Source of the DNA: an uncultured Acidimicrobiales bacterium | GTDB lineage: Bacteria; Actinomycetota; Acidimicrobiia; Acidimicrobiales; DATKAS01 | Direction of reading: 5' to 3' | Length of the DNA stretch: 64,000 nucleotides | Assembly: GCA_963726495.1 (NCBI GenBank) | Contig: CAVSCP010000006.1 | Location: 140,312 to 204,311, forward strand | Shown: piece by piece, positions 20,435 through 30,047 of the stretch | Layout of the letters: the number at the start of each line of letters is the position of its first letter | How positions within the stretch are numbered: position 1 is the stretch's first letter | Program-made: the position numbers and the translations under genes | Notes under the pieces: generated by a model | What the model was told of the DNA's origin: nothing | The model's input: only the letters and a program-made list of their open reading frames with translations | The model's database searches: none

Positions 20435-21238
20435 TCAGGGACGCGGCAGCGTGAACGCGCGCACCTCGACCAGCGACGCGCCGACCGCAGCGACGGCGGC
20501 CTCGAACATCGCCTTGCCCCGCTCGGACGTCGCGCCCGTCGGGTCACCGATGTGGCCGCTCGGGCCGAAGTCGTTCGACAGCCATCCGAAGCTCACCTGG
20601 CCGCCGAACCTCACGTACCGGTTCTCCGCGAGGTCTTCGGGCACGTTGCGGAACCCCGCGTCCATGTCGACGAGCTCGGGTCGCAGGTGCAGCATCATCG
20701 AGGTCTCGCCGATGCCGCCGTGCACACCCATCCCCCGCTCGTCGGCCGGGTCGGTCTCGGACTTGCCTCCCTGGTCGGGCGGCACGAACGGATGCGCGAG
20801 GAACGTCATCAGCCCGTACTTCAGGCGGAGCTCGCGACAGGCGACGTTCAGCAACGACGAGTTGCCGCCGTGACCGTTCAGGAACACCACGCGCTTCGCC
20901 GGGAGCGTCGCCAACGATCGCCCGATGTCGTCGAGCACAGCGAGGAGCGTCGTCGCGGACAGCCAGACGGTGCCGGCCGACCAGGCGTGCTCGTTCGACT
21001 TCGTGTACGCGAGGGCCGGGAGCAGCCAGAGGTCGAGCTCGTCGCCCCGCTCCTGCACCACTGCCTCGGCAACTTCACCGGCGATCACGTAGTCCGTCGA
21101 GAACGGAAGGTGTGGTCCGTGCTGCTCGATCGCGCCGAGCGGCTGCACGAGGATCGAGTCGGGGCCGATGAGGTCGGCAACCTGCGGCGCGCGAAGGTCG
21201 GCCAGGTGTCGGGTCGCGTGTCGTGTGCGGGACGCCAT
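20435..21238 (-). CDS. Creatininase-family amidohydrolase
   Basis: Intact ORF 20435..21247, with likely start MASRTRH at 21238. Motifs: GAIEQHGPHLPFSTD, FLNGHGGN and HGGIGETS. Confidence 0.85.
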   Translation of the reverse strand: MASRTRHATRHLADLRAPQVADLIGPDSILVQPLGAIEQHGPHLPFSTDYVIAGEVAEAVVQERGDELDLWLLPALAYTKSNEHAWSAGTVWLSATTLLAVLDDIGRSLATLPAKRVVFLNGHGGNSSLLNVACRELRLKYGLMTFLAHPFVPPDQGGKSETDPADERGMGVHGGIGETSMMLHLRPELVDMDAGFRNVPEDLAENRYVRFGGQVSFGWLSNDFGPSGHIGDPTGATSERGKAMFEAAVAAVGASLVEVRAFTLPRP

Positions 21239-21242
21239 TTCA

Positions 21243-21258
21243 GGCATCGTACGATGCC
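21243..21258. promoter_or_regulatory. Perfect 16-bp palindrome GGCATCGTACGATGCC in the 22-bp gap between divergent genes (operator candidate)
   Basis: Read directly. It sits between the creatininase start (21238, minus) and the flavoenzyme start (21261, plus). Confidence 0.35.
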
Positions 21259-21260
21259 CG

Positions 21261-22809
21261 ATGGACTACGGCGCGATCGTCGTCGGGGCAGGGCACAACG
21301 GCCTCATCTGTGCCGCGTATCTCGCGAAGGCCGGCATCCCGACGTTGCTCGTCGAGGCCCGGTCCGACGTGGGTGGGTGCGCGTCGACGGTCGACGCGCT
21401 CGGCGCTCGCGTGAACATCTGCAACTGCGACCACGCCGTGTTCCGCACGACGCCGGTCATCGACGAGCTCGATCTCGGCGCGCCACGGGTTGCGCTACCT
21501 CGACGTCGAGCCCGCCCAGGTGCAGGCGTCGTGGGACGGCGACGCGGCGTGGCCCGCCTTTCACGACGTCGACCGCACGATCGACGCGCTCGAGCTGATC
21601 CACCCCGACGAAGCCGACGGCTACCGCCGCTACTGCGCGGCTGCGATCCCCGTCGCCGAGCTCGTGCTCGAGATGGCGTGCGAGCCGCCGAGTCGCCGGT
21701 GGCGTCCTCAAGCGCCTCGCCGCCCGACGAGCACGTGGCGCCGCGACGATGCTCCGTTGGAGTCGCCTCACCGCGGCCGACGTGCTGCGGTCGTTCTTCT
21801 CGCGCGAGGTCGTGATGGGCCCCGCGGTGACCACCGGTCCCGCGGTGTGGGGGCTCTCGCCGTTCACCCCTCACACGGGCCTCGGCGCGCTCACCTACGC
21901 GATGAAGCACGCCGGACGCGTCGGGCCGTCCCGTGGGTGGCAGCGGGGCGGTGCCGGCAAGCATCCTCGGCGCGTTCATCGGCGCGGGCGGCACGCTGCG
22001 CTCGGGCGCGCGAGTCACCGGCATCGTCTGTGAGGGCGACCACGTCCGCGGCGTCGAGCTCGCCGACGGCACCGTGATCGAGGCGCCCCTCGTGGTCTCG
22101 GCGTGCGATCCTCGCGAGACCTTCGTGCGCTGGCTGACCGGCGCTCCCTGCGTCGGCGTCAGGGGTGATCGAGCGTTGGCGCCACGCACCGGTCGAGGAC
22201 GGCTACGAGTCGAAGATCGACGCGATCGTCACCGGCATCCCCCGCTTCCGGTCGCTCGACCACGCCCAGTTCAGTCGGCTCGGCGTGGACGAGCCCGCGA
22301 TCGGCACGACGATCGTGGCGCCGGCCCTCGCAGACATGGCCACCGCGCACCGGCTGATCGACCAGGGCCTCATCGCGGACCGACCCATGTTCTTCGCCAA
22401 CATCCCCTCGGTGCTCGACGAGACGATGCGCGTCGGCGACTCGCATGTGCTCAGCCTCGAGACGCTCTACACGCCCGTACGCGCTGAAGGGCGGATGGGA
22501 GCAGTCGAGTGAGCCCGAGCGGTGGCTGCAGCGCTTCGCCACGCTGGTGGAAGGCACGTTCCTCGACACCGTCGAGCGCTGGCGGGCGATGACACCGCTC
22601 ATCTACGAGCGGGAGTTCAACCTTCCCGCGGCCACGCGACCGGGTTCGGCGGTTCGCCGCTGTCCGCGATGCTCGGCCGGCCGCGCGAGCTCACCCGCTA
22701 CGAGACCCCGGTGAAGGGCCTCTACCTCACCGGCGCGGCGACCTATCCGGGAGCGGGCGTGTGGGGCGCGAGCGGACGCAACGCGGCGACGGTGATCTTG
22801 CGCAGCTGA
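21261..22809 (+). pseudogene. Phytoene-desaturase-family NAD(P)/FAD-dependent oxidoreductase (CrtI-like), at least 7 frameshifts
   Basis: MDYGAIVVGAGHNGLICAAYLAKAGIPTLLVEARSDVGG (GxGxxG). It continues through ORFs 21490, 21749, 21933, 22165, 22445 and 22522, ending [25 protein letters not shown]. Confidence 0.7.
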
Positions 22810-22879
22810 CGATTTCTTCGGTGTTTCTCACTGCAGGGCGTATGGGGCACGTTGCGCCAAGAGATCCAGCCGGCCCGGC

Positions 22880-23350
22880 TCAGGCGATCGGCTCCTGGCT
22901 GCTCCAAGGGAACTCGATCCACTTGTCGGTCTCGCGCCAGACGTACTCGCACTTCACGACCGATCGCGGCTTCTCGTAGAGGACCGCGCAGCGCACCTCG
23001 CTGACCTTGCCGACGCAGAAGTCCTTCACGAGGGCCAGCGTGTGGCCGGTGTCAGCGACGTCGTCGGCGACGAGCACGCGTGCCTCGGTGAGGTCGACGA
23101 GCTCAGGGGTCGGCGGAAGGATCATCGGGACGTCGAGTCGCTCGTCGATGCCGGTGTAGTACTCGACGTTCATCGTGTACAGGTTCTTGACCGAGAGCGC
23201 GTAGCCGAGGGTCGCGGCCACCAGCAGGCCTCCACGGGCGATGGCGAGGATGATGTTGGGCTCGAACCCGTCCTTGTGGACCATCCGGGCGAGATCGCGC
23301 GACCCCTCACCGAAGTCGGGCCACGTGAGGATCTCCTTCTCCACACTCAT
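22880..23350 (-). CDS. Phosphoribosyltransferase (Gpt-like purine PRT)
   Basis: Intact 156-aa ORF. AIARGGLLVAATL, PRPP loop VLVADDVADTGHTLA and WIEFPW, in the same order as E. coli Gpt. The ATG overlaps the stop of the upstream Moco subunit (ATGA at 23347-23350). Confidence 0.8.
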   Translation of the reverse strand: MSVEKEILTWPDFGEGSRDLARMVHKDGFEPNIILAIARGGLLVAATLGYALSVKNLYTMNVEYYTGIDERLDVPMILPPTPELVDLTEARVLVADDVADTGHTLALVKDFCVGKVSEVRCAVLYEKPRSVVKCEYVWRETDKWIEFPWSSQEPIA

Positions 23351-25644
23351 TCAGCGAACCTACTCGCGAGCGCGATGTCCTGAGGGCGCACCGGCACCCG
23401 TGTGAGCGCCGCGCCGGTGGCATCTCTGATCGCGGCCACCACCGCGGGTGTCGCTGCGATGCACGGCGGCTCCCCCACGCCCTTCGCACCGAGCGGCGCC
23501 TGTGGATCGGGCTCCTCGACGAGCGACACCAGCACGTCGGGAGCGTCGAGGGCGGTCGGCAACAGGTAGTCGGTGAACGACGCGTTGCGGATGAGCCCGT
23601 CGGTCACGACGATCTCCTCCATCACGGCGAGGCCGAGGCCTTGCGCGATGCCTCCTTCGATCTGGCCGACAACCGAGAGCGGGTTGAGCGCACGGCCGAC
23701 GTCCTGCGCGGTCGCCATCTGGATGACCCGCACGAGGCCGAGCTCGACGTCGACGTCGACGACCGCGCGCTGGGCGACGAACGCGAACGCGACGTGGCAC
23801 GCACCCTGGCCGCGCTCGTCGAGCTCTTCGGTGGCGCGGTGCCGGTAGGTCACGGTCTCCTCGAAGTGCTGGCGGGCGGTCGCGTCGGCGACGGAGACCC
23901 GCGCGCCGTCCACAGTGTCGACGACGTCGGTGCCCTCGATCGCCAATCGCACCGGGTCGACCCCCATGCCTGCAGCGACATGCTCGAACAGCCGCTCGCG
24001 CACCGCCGCGGCACGCCATGTCGGTCGCGCCGCCGGACATCCACGTCTGGCGCGACGCAGAGGTCGAACCCGCCGACCCGATCGTGGTGTCCGCCGGCTC
24101 GAGCACGACTTCGTCCACGCCGAGGATCTCGCGTGCGATCTGCGCGGCGATCGTGACGAACCCCTGCCCGACCTCGGCCGTCGCGAGCTTGAGCGAGACG
24201 GCGCCGTCGGCGAGCCGGCAGCGCGCCGTTGCGGAGTCGTCGAACCCTTCGGAGTACATGAGGTTCTTGATCGCGAGCGCATAGCCGACGCCACGCTTCA
24301 CGTGGCCGGAGTCGGCGGTGCGGCCCGCGCCGCCGGGACGAGCGAGCCACGCGCCATCGTCGGCCTCCGGGGGGAGCGGCAACGCGGCGGTCTCGCGCAG
24401 GCAGCGCACCGTGGGCGCCACGCTCTCGAGCCGTTGGCCGGTGACGAGCAGGTCGCCGGTCTCGATCGCGTTGCGCAACCGGATCTCGACGGGATCGAGC
24501 CCGCACGCCAGCCGCGAGCTTGTCGATCTGGCTCTCGTGCGCGAAGCAGGCCTGCTGCACACCGAACCCACGCATCGCTCCGCACGGCGGGTTGTTCGTG
24601 CGCACCGCCCATCCGTCGATGCGGGCGTTCGCCAGCCGGTACGGGCCCTGCACATGCGTGATCGCGTTGATGAGCACCGCGCTGGACGTCGATGCGTAGG
24701 CGCCCCCGTCGAGCACCACTCGGCACTCGAGGTTCACGAGGGTGCCGTCGGCGCGCGCGTGGTGCCGCATCCAGATCGTGCCGGGGTGCCGATGCACGTG
24801 GCCGAGGAACGACTCGTCACGGCCGTAGACCATCTTCACCGGACGGCCCAGACCTCAGCGCGAGCAGGCACACGTGCACTTGCAGGCTCACGTCCTCGCG
24901 CGCCCCGAACGCGCCGCCCACACCGGCGAGCTGAAGGCGCACTCGTTCCTCGGGCAGACCGAGGCACTCCGCGATCTGACGGCGATCCTCGTGCAGCCAC
25001 TGCGTCGAGATGAACAGCTCGACGCCGTGCCCGTCGCTGTCGGGCAGCGCGAGCGCGGACTCGAGGCCGAGGAAGGCCTGGTCCTGCATGCCGATCTCGT
25101 AGGTGCCCTCGACCACGACGTCACCGGCGACGCCTTCTGCACCGCACTCGATGCGCTGGTGGCGGAAGACGTTGCCGTCGGGATGGATCGGGGCCGCCTC
25201 GATGGCTCGCTCGGGATCGGTGAGCGGCTCGAGCACCTCGTACTCGACGATGATCGCCTCGCACGCGCGCCGGGCTGTCTCAGGATGATCAGCAGCAACC
25301 GCGGCGATCGCCTGACCCGCATAGAGCACGGTGTCGGACGCGAACACGGGCTGGTCCGCGCTGATGAGGCCGTAGGTCGCGCCGGGCACGTCCTCCGCGG
25401 TGACGATCACCTCGACGCCGGGGATGCGCCACGCAGGGCTCACGTCGAGCCGGCGGATGCGGGCATGGGGATGCGGCGACCGCAGCGTCTTCCCCCACAC
25501 CATCCCTTCGGCCCAGAGGTCGGAGGAGAACGCGAAGCGTCCCTGCACCTTCGGTGTCGCGTCGGGACGCGTCGGGCTCGCGCCGAGCACGGCGCGATCG
25601 CCGACGACCCGAGTCCCAAGGTCGGTCGTCTCGGTGTCGGTCAC
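23347..25644 (-). pseudogene. Xanthine-dehydrogenase-family molybdopterin-binding large subunit (CoxL/XdhB-like), about 3 frameshifts
   Basis: ORF 24817..25713 from GTG 25644 (VTDTETTDLG..PKVQGRFAFSSD..MQDQAFLGLES..GGAFGARED). ORF 23850..24839 (GGAYASTS..RTNNPPCGAMRGFG). ORF 23360..24655 (GLDPVEIRLRN..GQGF). ORF 23347..24294 (GQIEGGIAQGLG..GAKGVGEPP). The start overlaps the FeS subunit stop (GTGA). Confidence 0.85.
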
Positions 25645-26118
25645 GAGCCGTTCCGCTCTCGGGCCGCGGCTTGCACCGCCGCGAAGATGCGTCCGTAGCC
25701 CGTGCAGCGGCACAGGTTGCCCGACAGCGCCTCACGGATCGCGAGCGGATCGGGGTCGGGCACCCGGTCGAGGAGGTCGTGCACCGCGACGATGAGACCC
25801 GGCGTGCAGAAGCCACACTGCACCGCGCCCTCGGCGACGAACGCGCGCTGCACGTCGCTCAGCGAGCCGTCGCACGTGAGGCCCTCGACGGTCGTGATCT
25901 CGCGATCGACGACCGACGCCGCGAGCACGAGGCACGAGCACGTCAGCGTGCCGTCGACGACGACGGAGCACGAGCCGCACTCCCCCTGCTCGCAGGCGCC
26001 CTTCGCTCCGGGCAGGCCGAGCCGCTCGCGCAAGACGTAGAGGAGGCTCTCCCCCGCCCACGCGTCGTGGACGTCATGCATGCTCACCGTTGATGGTGAG
26101 CCGGTAGTGCTCGCTCAC
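25641..26118 (-). pseudogene. (2Fe-2S)-binding small subunit (CoxS/XdhC-type FeS), frameshift near 26085
   Basis: ORF 25641..26087 has CEQGECGSCSV and QCGFCTPG...CRCTGY. The true N-terminus VSEHYRLTINGEH is encoded at GTG 26118 in the frame of ORF 26074..27030. Confidence 0.85.
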
Positions 26119-26934
26119 GCGGCCGCCACCCTGCGCAGCGCGCGTGCTGCCATGACTTCGACCGCCCGCCGCCGGTATGCCGCGGTCGACCGGTGGTCGT
26201 CGATCGGCCTGACCTCGGCCGCGACTCGTAGACCGAACTCGTCGGGGTCGGCGCTCACGCCGCCGTTGGCCTCGGCCCACTGCTCCGCATCGCGTGCTCG
26301 GATGATCGTGGGGCCGACCGAGCCCGCCGCGACTCTCAGCGCCGCCGCGATCGACGACGAGCGCGAGGTTCGCGATCGCGATCACCATCGCGTTGCGCAC
26401 GCCGACCTTCATGAACTCTTGCGGCCCCTTCGGCAGCGCCACCACCACCTCGGTGACGAGCTCGCCGGGTTGCAGCGCGGTGCGCTTCGGCCCGACCAGG
26501 AAGTCGTGGATCGACAGGACACGCGAGCCGTTGAGCGACCGCATCACGATCGCGGCGTCGAGGGCCGAGAGGACGGGCAGCAGGTCGCCCGCGGGCGACC
26601 CCGTGCCGAGGTTCCCTCCGATCGTCGCCGCGTTGCGGATCTGGGGCGAGCCGACGGTGCGCGCGGCCTGCGCCAGGGCCGGCAGCGACTCGGCCAGCGG
26701 CGGCTGCATCAGCTGCGAGCACGTGACACCGGCGCCCAGCCGCACGGTCTCGCCCTCGATGTCCCACCGACGCAGCTCGTCGACCCGGGCCAGTGCGACG
26801 ACGTCCTCGGGCCGTCGATGGCCGAAGTTCACCTCGACCATGAAGTCGGTGCCACCCGCGAGCACGTGCGCGCCGGGATGCTCGGCGAGCGCCGCGAGGG
26901 CGTCGTCCAGCGTCGTCGGGCTCAGCACGGCCAT
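26115..26934 (-). pseudogene. FAD-binding molybdopterin-dehydrogenase medium subunit (CoxM-like), frameshift near 26340
   Basis: MAVLSPTTLDDALAALAEHPGAHVLAGGTDFMVE...ATIGGNLGTGSPAGD (ORF 26074..27030 from ATG 26934). My re-translation after ALVVD gives AAALRVAAGSVGPTIIRARDAEQW...IDDHRSTAAYRRRAVEVMAARALRRVAAA, with TGA overlapping the FeS GTG. Confidence 0.8.
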
Positions 26935-26959
26935 CGGGGGATTCTTGTCGGTCCCAGCC

Positions 26960-27019
26960 GACCGTTTGCTCACTGGGGGTTCGTGGGCCTGCGGTTTCCT
27001 CCGCAGTGAGCAAACGGTC
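26960..27019. promoter_or_regulatory. Perfect 16-bp inverted repeat with 28-nt spacer in a divergent promoter region
   Basis: GACCGTTTGCTCACTG (26960..26975) and CAGTGAGCAAACGGTC (27004..27019), read directly. They are flanked by a direct repeat TCCCAGCCG (26952..26960 and 27031..27039). The region lies between the coxM-like start (26934, minus) and the amidase start (27048, plus). Confidence 0.4.
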
Positions 27020-27047
27020 CTGCGCGACACTCCCAGCCGTGATCCGG

Positions 27048-28232
27048 ATGCCGGCCGACGATCCGCTCGGCGCGCTGAAGATCGGACCCGCCGTGCTCGC
27101 CGAGGGCGCGGCTGACGGCGCCCTGGCCGGCACGACGTTCGTCGCGAAGGACCTCTACGACGTCGCGGGCTACCCGACCGGAGCGGGCAACCCTCAGTGG
27201 GAAGCGACCCACCCGGTGCCGACGACCACCTCCTCTGCCGTCACCCGCCTGCTCGCGCGGGCGCGACGCTCATCGGCAAGAGCCACACCGACGAGCTCGC
27301 CTACAGCCTCTCGGGCACGAACGTGCACTACGGCACGCCGGTCAACAGCGCCGCGCCGGGGTGCGTCCCAGGAGGTTCGTCATCGGGATCGGCGTCGGCA
27401 GTGGCGGGCGGGCTGTGCGACTTCGCGCTCGGATCGGACACCGGCGGCTCTGTGCGCGTGCCGGCGAGCTTCTGCGGGATCTTCGGGCTGCGGCCGACCC
27501 ACGGCCGCGTCGCTGCGGATGGCGTCGTGCCGCTCGCGCCGTCATTCGACGCGGTGGGCTGGTTCGCCAACAGCGGCGCTGTCCTGATGCAGGTCGGACG
27601 CGTGCTCCTCGACGCGGACTTCGACGAGACCGCGCACCTGGCGGCGACCAAGCTGGTGCTCGCTGACGACCTGCTCGCGGCGGTGCCCGATGAGGTCGCC
27701 GCGGTGGTCGAGGCGGCAGCGCGAGAAGCGGCCACTCGTCTCGACCTGCAGCTCGAGCGTGGTTCCGTCGCGGACGGCGACATCGCCTCGTGGGCCGACT
27801 GCTTCCGCACGCTCCAACGCGGCGAGGCATGGGCATGCCATGGCGACTGGATCACCGCCACGCGACCGTCGTTCGGCCCGGGCATCGCGCAGCGCTTCGC
27901 CGACGCATCGCACGTCACCCCTGAGGAGGTCGCGGCCGCTCAACGGCGGCGTGTCGAGATCCGAGACCGGGTCGCTCGGAGCACCGCGGGCGGCGTCGTG
28001 TTCGCTCTGCCACCCGCACAGGGTCCGGCCTATCGCGTCGACCTCGAAGGCCCAGCGAAGGAGGCCGTGCGGGCGGGCGCGTTGGCACTCACGTGCGCTG
28101 CCGGCCTCGCGGGCACGCCGCAGGTGACCGTTCACGGCGGCACGGTCGACGCGAAGCCGGTCGGGCTCGGCCTGCTCGGGGGCCCACGGGATGGACGAAG
28201 CGCTCCTCGCGATGGCCGCCGCGCTCGACTAG
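27048..28232 (+). pseudogene. Amidase (amidase-signature family), 2 frameshifts (about 27260 and 28185)
   Basis: ORF 27006..27587 from ATG 27048 (MPADDPL..FVAKDLYDVAGYPTGAGNP). ORF 27197..28651 (GKSHTDELAYSLSGTNVHYGTP..PGGSSSGSASAVA..ALGSDTGGSVRVPASFCG). My re-translation of the end gives HGMDEALLAMAAALD-TAG (28230..28232). Confidence 0.8.
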
Positions 28233-29608
28233 GGGATCTGGAACCTCGCCGCGACGCGGCGGTGCCACGTGAGCATCTCGTCGACTCGATCGTCGGCGAG
28301 GGCCCCGTCGCGCACGACCACCCGACCGGCGACGACCGTGTGCTTCGCCGCGCTCGGCCCGCACCGCAACCACGCCTCGACCGGATCGCTGATCGCGCCG
28401 GCATGCGCGATGTCGCCGGCGACCGGCCACACCACGAGATCGCCGACTGCGCCGACCGTGAGCTCACCGATCTCACCGGCGCGGCCGAGGCACCCGGCGC
28501 TGCCGCGAGTCGCGATCTCCAGCGCGTCACGCGCGCCCGTCGACGCCGGACCTCCGCGCAGCCTCCCGAGGAGCATCGCGTTGCGCGCCTCCATCCAGAG
28601 CGAAGCCGAGTCGGTGGACGACGACCCGTCGCATCCGAGACCGACGGGTGAGCCAGCCGCGCGCATCGCGGCAACGGGAGCGATCCCGCCCCCGCCGATC
28701 ATCATGTTCGAGCTCGGGCAGTGCGCGACGCCCACGCCCGCCCGGCCGAGCCCCGCGACCTCGGCCTCGTTCGGGTAGATGCAGTGCGCGACCCAGCTGC
28801 GATCGGTCATCCACCCGACCGACTCGAAGTGGTCGATCGTGCGCCCGCCGAACTTCTCCGCCGCGAACCTGTCTTCGTCGGGGTCCTCGGCAAGGTGAGT
28901 GTGCAAACGCACGTCGAGCCGCTCGGCCAGCTCTGCGGTCCGCACCATCAGCTCGGAGGTCACGCTGAACGGCGAGCACGGCGCGAGCGCGATCCGCACC
29001 ATCGCACCCCGCGCTCGGTCGTGGTGCAACGCGACCAAGCGCTCGGAGTCGGCGAGGATCTCGTCGTCGTCCTGCACGACCGAGTCGGGCGGGAGCCCAC
29101 CGTCCTTCTCCGACAGGCTCATCGACCCCCGCGTCGGATGGAAGCGCATGCCGAGCTCGGTCGCGGCTCGGATCTCGGCGCTGATCAGGTCGCCACCGCC
29201 CCGCGGATGCACGTAGAGGTGATCGGTGGACGTCGTGCACCCCCCGAGAGCGAGCTCGGCGAGCCCGATCCATGCGGACACGTACGCGGCTTCCTCGTCG
29301 AGCCGGCTCCAGAGCGGATAGAGCGCCGTCAGCCAGTCGAAGAGCGATGCGACCGTCGCGGGCCGATAGGCGCGCGTGAGGTTCTGGTAGATGTGGTGAT
29401 GGGTGTTGATCAGCCCCGGCGTCACCAAGCACCCGCTCGCGTCGAGCACGACCTCGGCCGTCGGCATCGCGTCAGCCGAACCTCCGACAGCGCTCACGAA
29501 GCCGTCGGTGACCGCGACCCATCCACCCGCGATCTCACGGCGCTCGGCGTCCATCGTCGCGACGAGATCCGCGCCTCGCACGAGCAGATCGACAGGTGCG
29601 TCGGCCAC
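28229..29608 (-). CDS. Amidohydrolase of the 8-oxoguanine deaminase / AtzB-like group
   Basis: Intact 459-aa ORF. Motifs: TPGLINTHHHIYQNLTRA, RLHTHLAE, VAHCPSSN and GLGCDGSSSTD. Confidence 0.8.
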   Translation of the reverse strand: MADAPVDLLVRGADLVATMDAERREIAGGWVAVTDGFVSAVGGSADAMPTAEVVLDASGCLVTPGLINTHHHIYQNLTRAYRPATVASLFDWLTALYPLWSRLDEEAAYVSAWIGLAELALGGCTTSTDHLYVHPRGGGDLISAEIRAATELGMRFHPTRGSMSLSEKDGGLPPDSVVQDDDEILADSERLVALHHDRARGAMVRIALAPCSPFSVTSELMVRTAELAERLDVRLHTHLAEDPDEDRFAAEKFGGRTIDHFESVGWMTDRSWVAHCIYPNEAEVAGLGRAGVGVAHCPSSNMMIGGGGIAPVAAMRAAGSPVGLGCDGSSSTDSASLWMEARNAMLLGRLRGGPASTGARDALEIATRGSAGCLGRAGEIGELTVGAVGDLVVWPVAGDIAHAGAISDPVEAWLRCGPSAAKHTVVAGRVVVRDGALADDRVDEMLTWHRRVAARFQIP

Positions 29609-29611
29609 GCG

Positions 29612-30025
29612 TCAGACCCGCATGCCGGCGACGGCCTCGACCTCGATCTCCACCTTCCATGCGGGGTCGAGCAGCGCCTTGACCACGAGCGTCGTGTTCG
29701 CCGGGCGGGTGTCCGCGAACAGCTCGCCGTGCACCGCGCCGATCTCGTCGAAGTCCTGCGCCTCGACGAGGAAGATGCGCGTGCGAACGACGTCGGCGAG
29801 CGTGGCGCCCGCTTCGCGGAGGGCGGCCTCGATGATCTCGAAGCACCGCCGCGCCTGCACGGTCGGGCTGGGGTCGACATGCCCGTCCGGCCACTGTGGC
29901 GCGGTGCCGGCAACGAAGATGCGGTCGCCCACCCGCACCGCTCTGCTGTATCCGACGATCAGCTCGTACGGCCCGCCCGACGAGACGAGCTGCCGGTGTT
30001 CGCTCACGCGTCCTCCCTGTTGCAC
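29612..30025 (-). CDS. RidA (YjgF/Rid) family protein
   Basis: Intact ORF with YSRAVRVGDRIFVAGT and VVRTRIFL...VEIEVEA. The start may be GTG (VSEHRQL) 18 nt downstream of 30025. Confidence 0.85.
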   Translation of the reverse strand: MQQGGRVSEHRQLVSSGGPYELIVGYSRAVRVGDRIFVAGTAPQWPDGHVDPSPTVQARRCFEIIEAALREAGATLADVVRTRIFLVEAQDFDEIGAVHGELFADTRPANTTLVVKALLDPAWKVEIEVEAVAGMRV

Positions 30026-30047
30026 GGGCGCTCACGCGCCCTCCTGT

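Noticed and set aside
22810-22879. Lower-GC 70-nt convergent spacer with an imperfect long-range inverted repeat (GATCTTGCGCAGC ... GTTGCGCCAAGAGATC)
   Set aside because: The pairing needs several indels and mismatches. It is probably just a weak terminator region, with insufficient evidence for an RNA gene.
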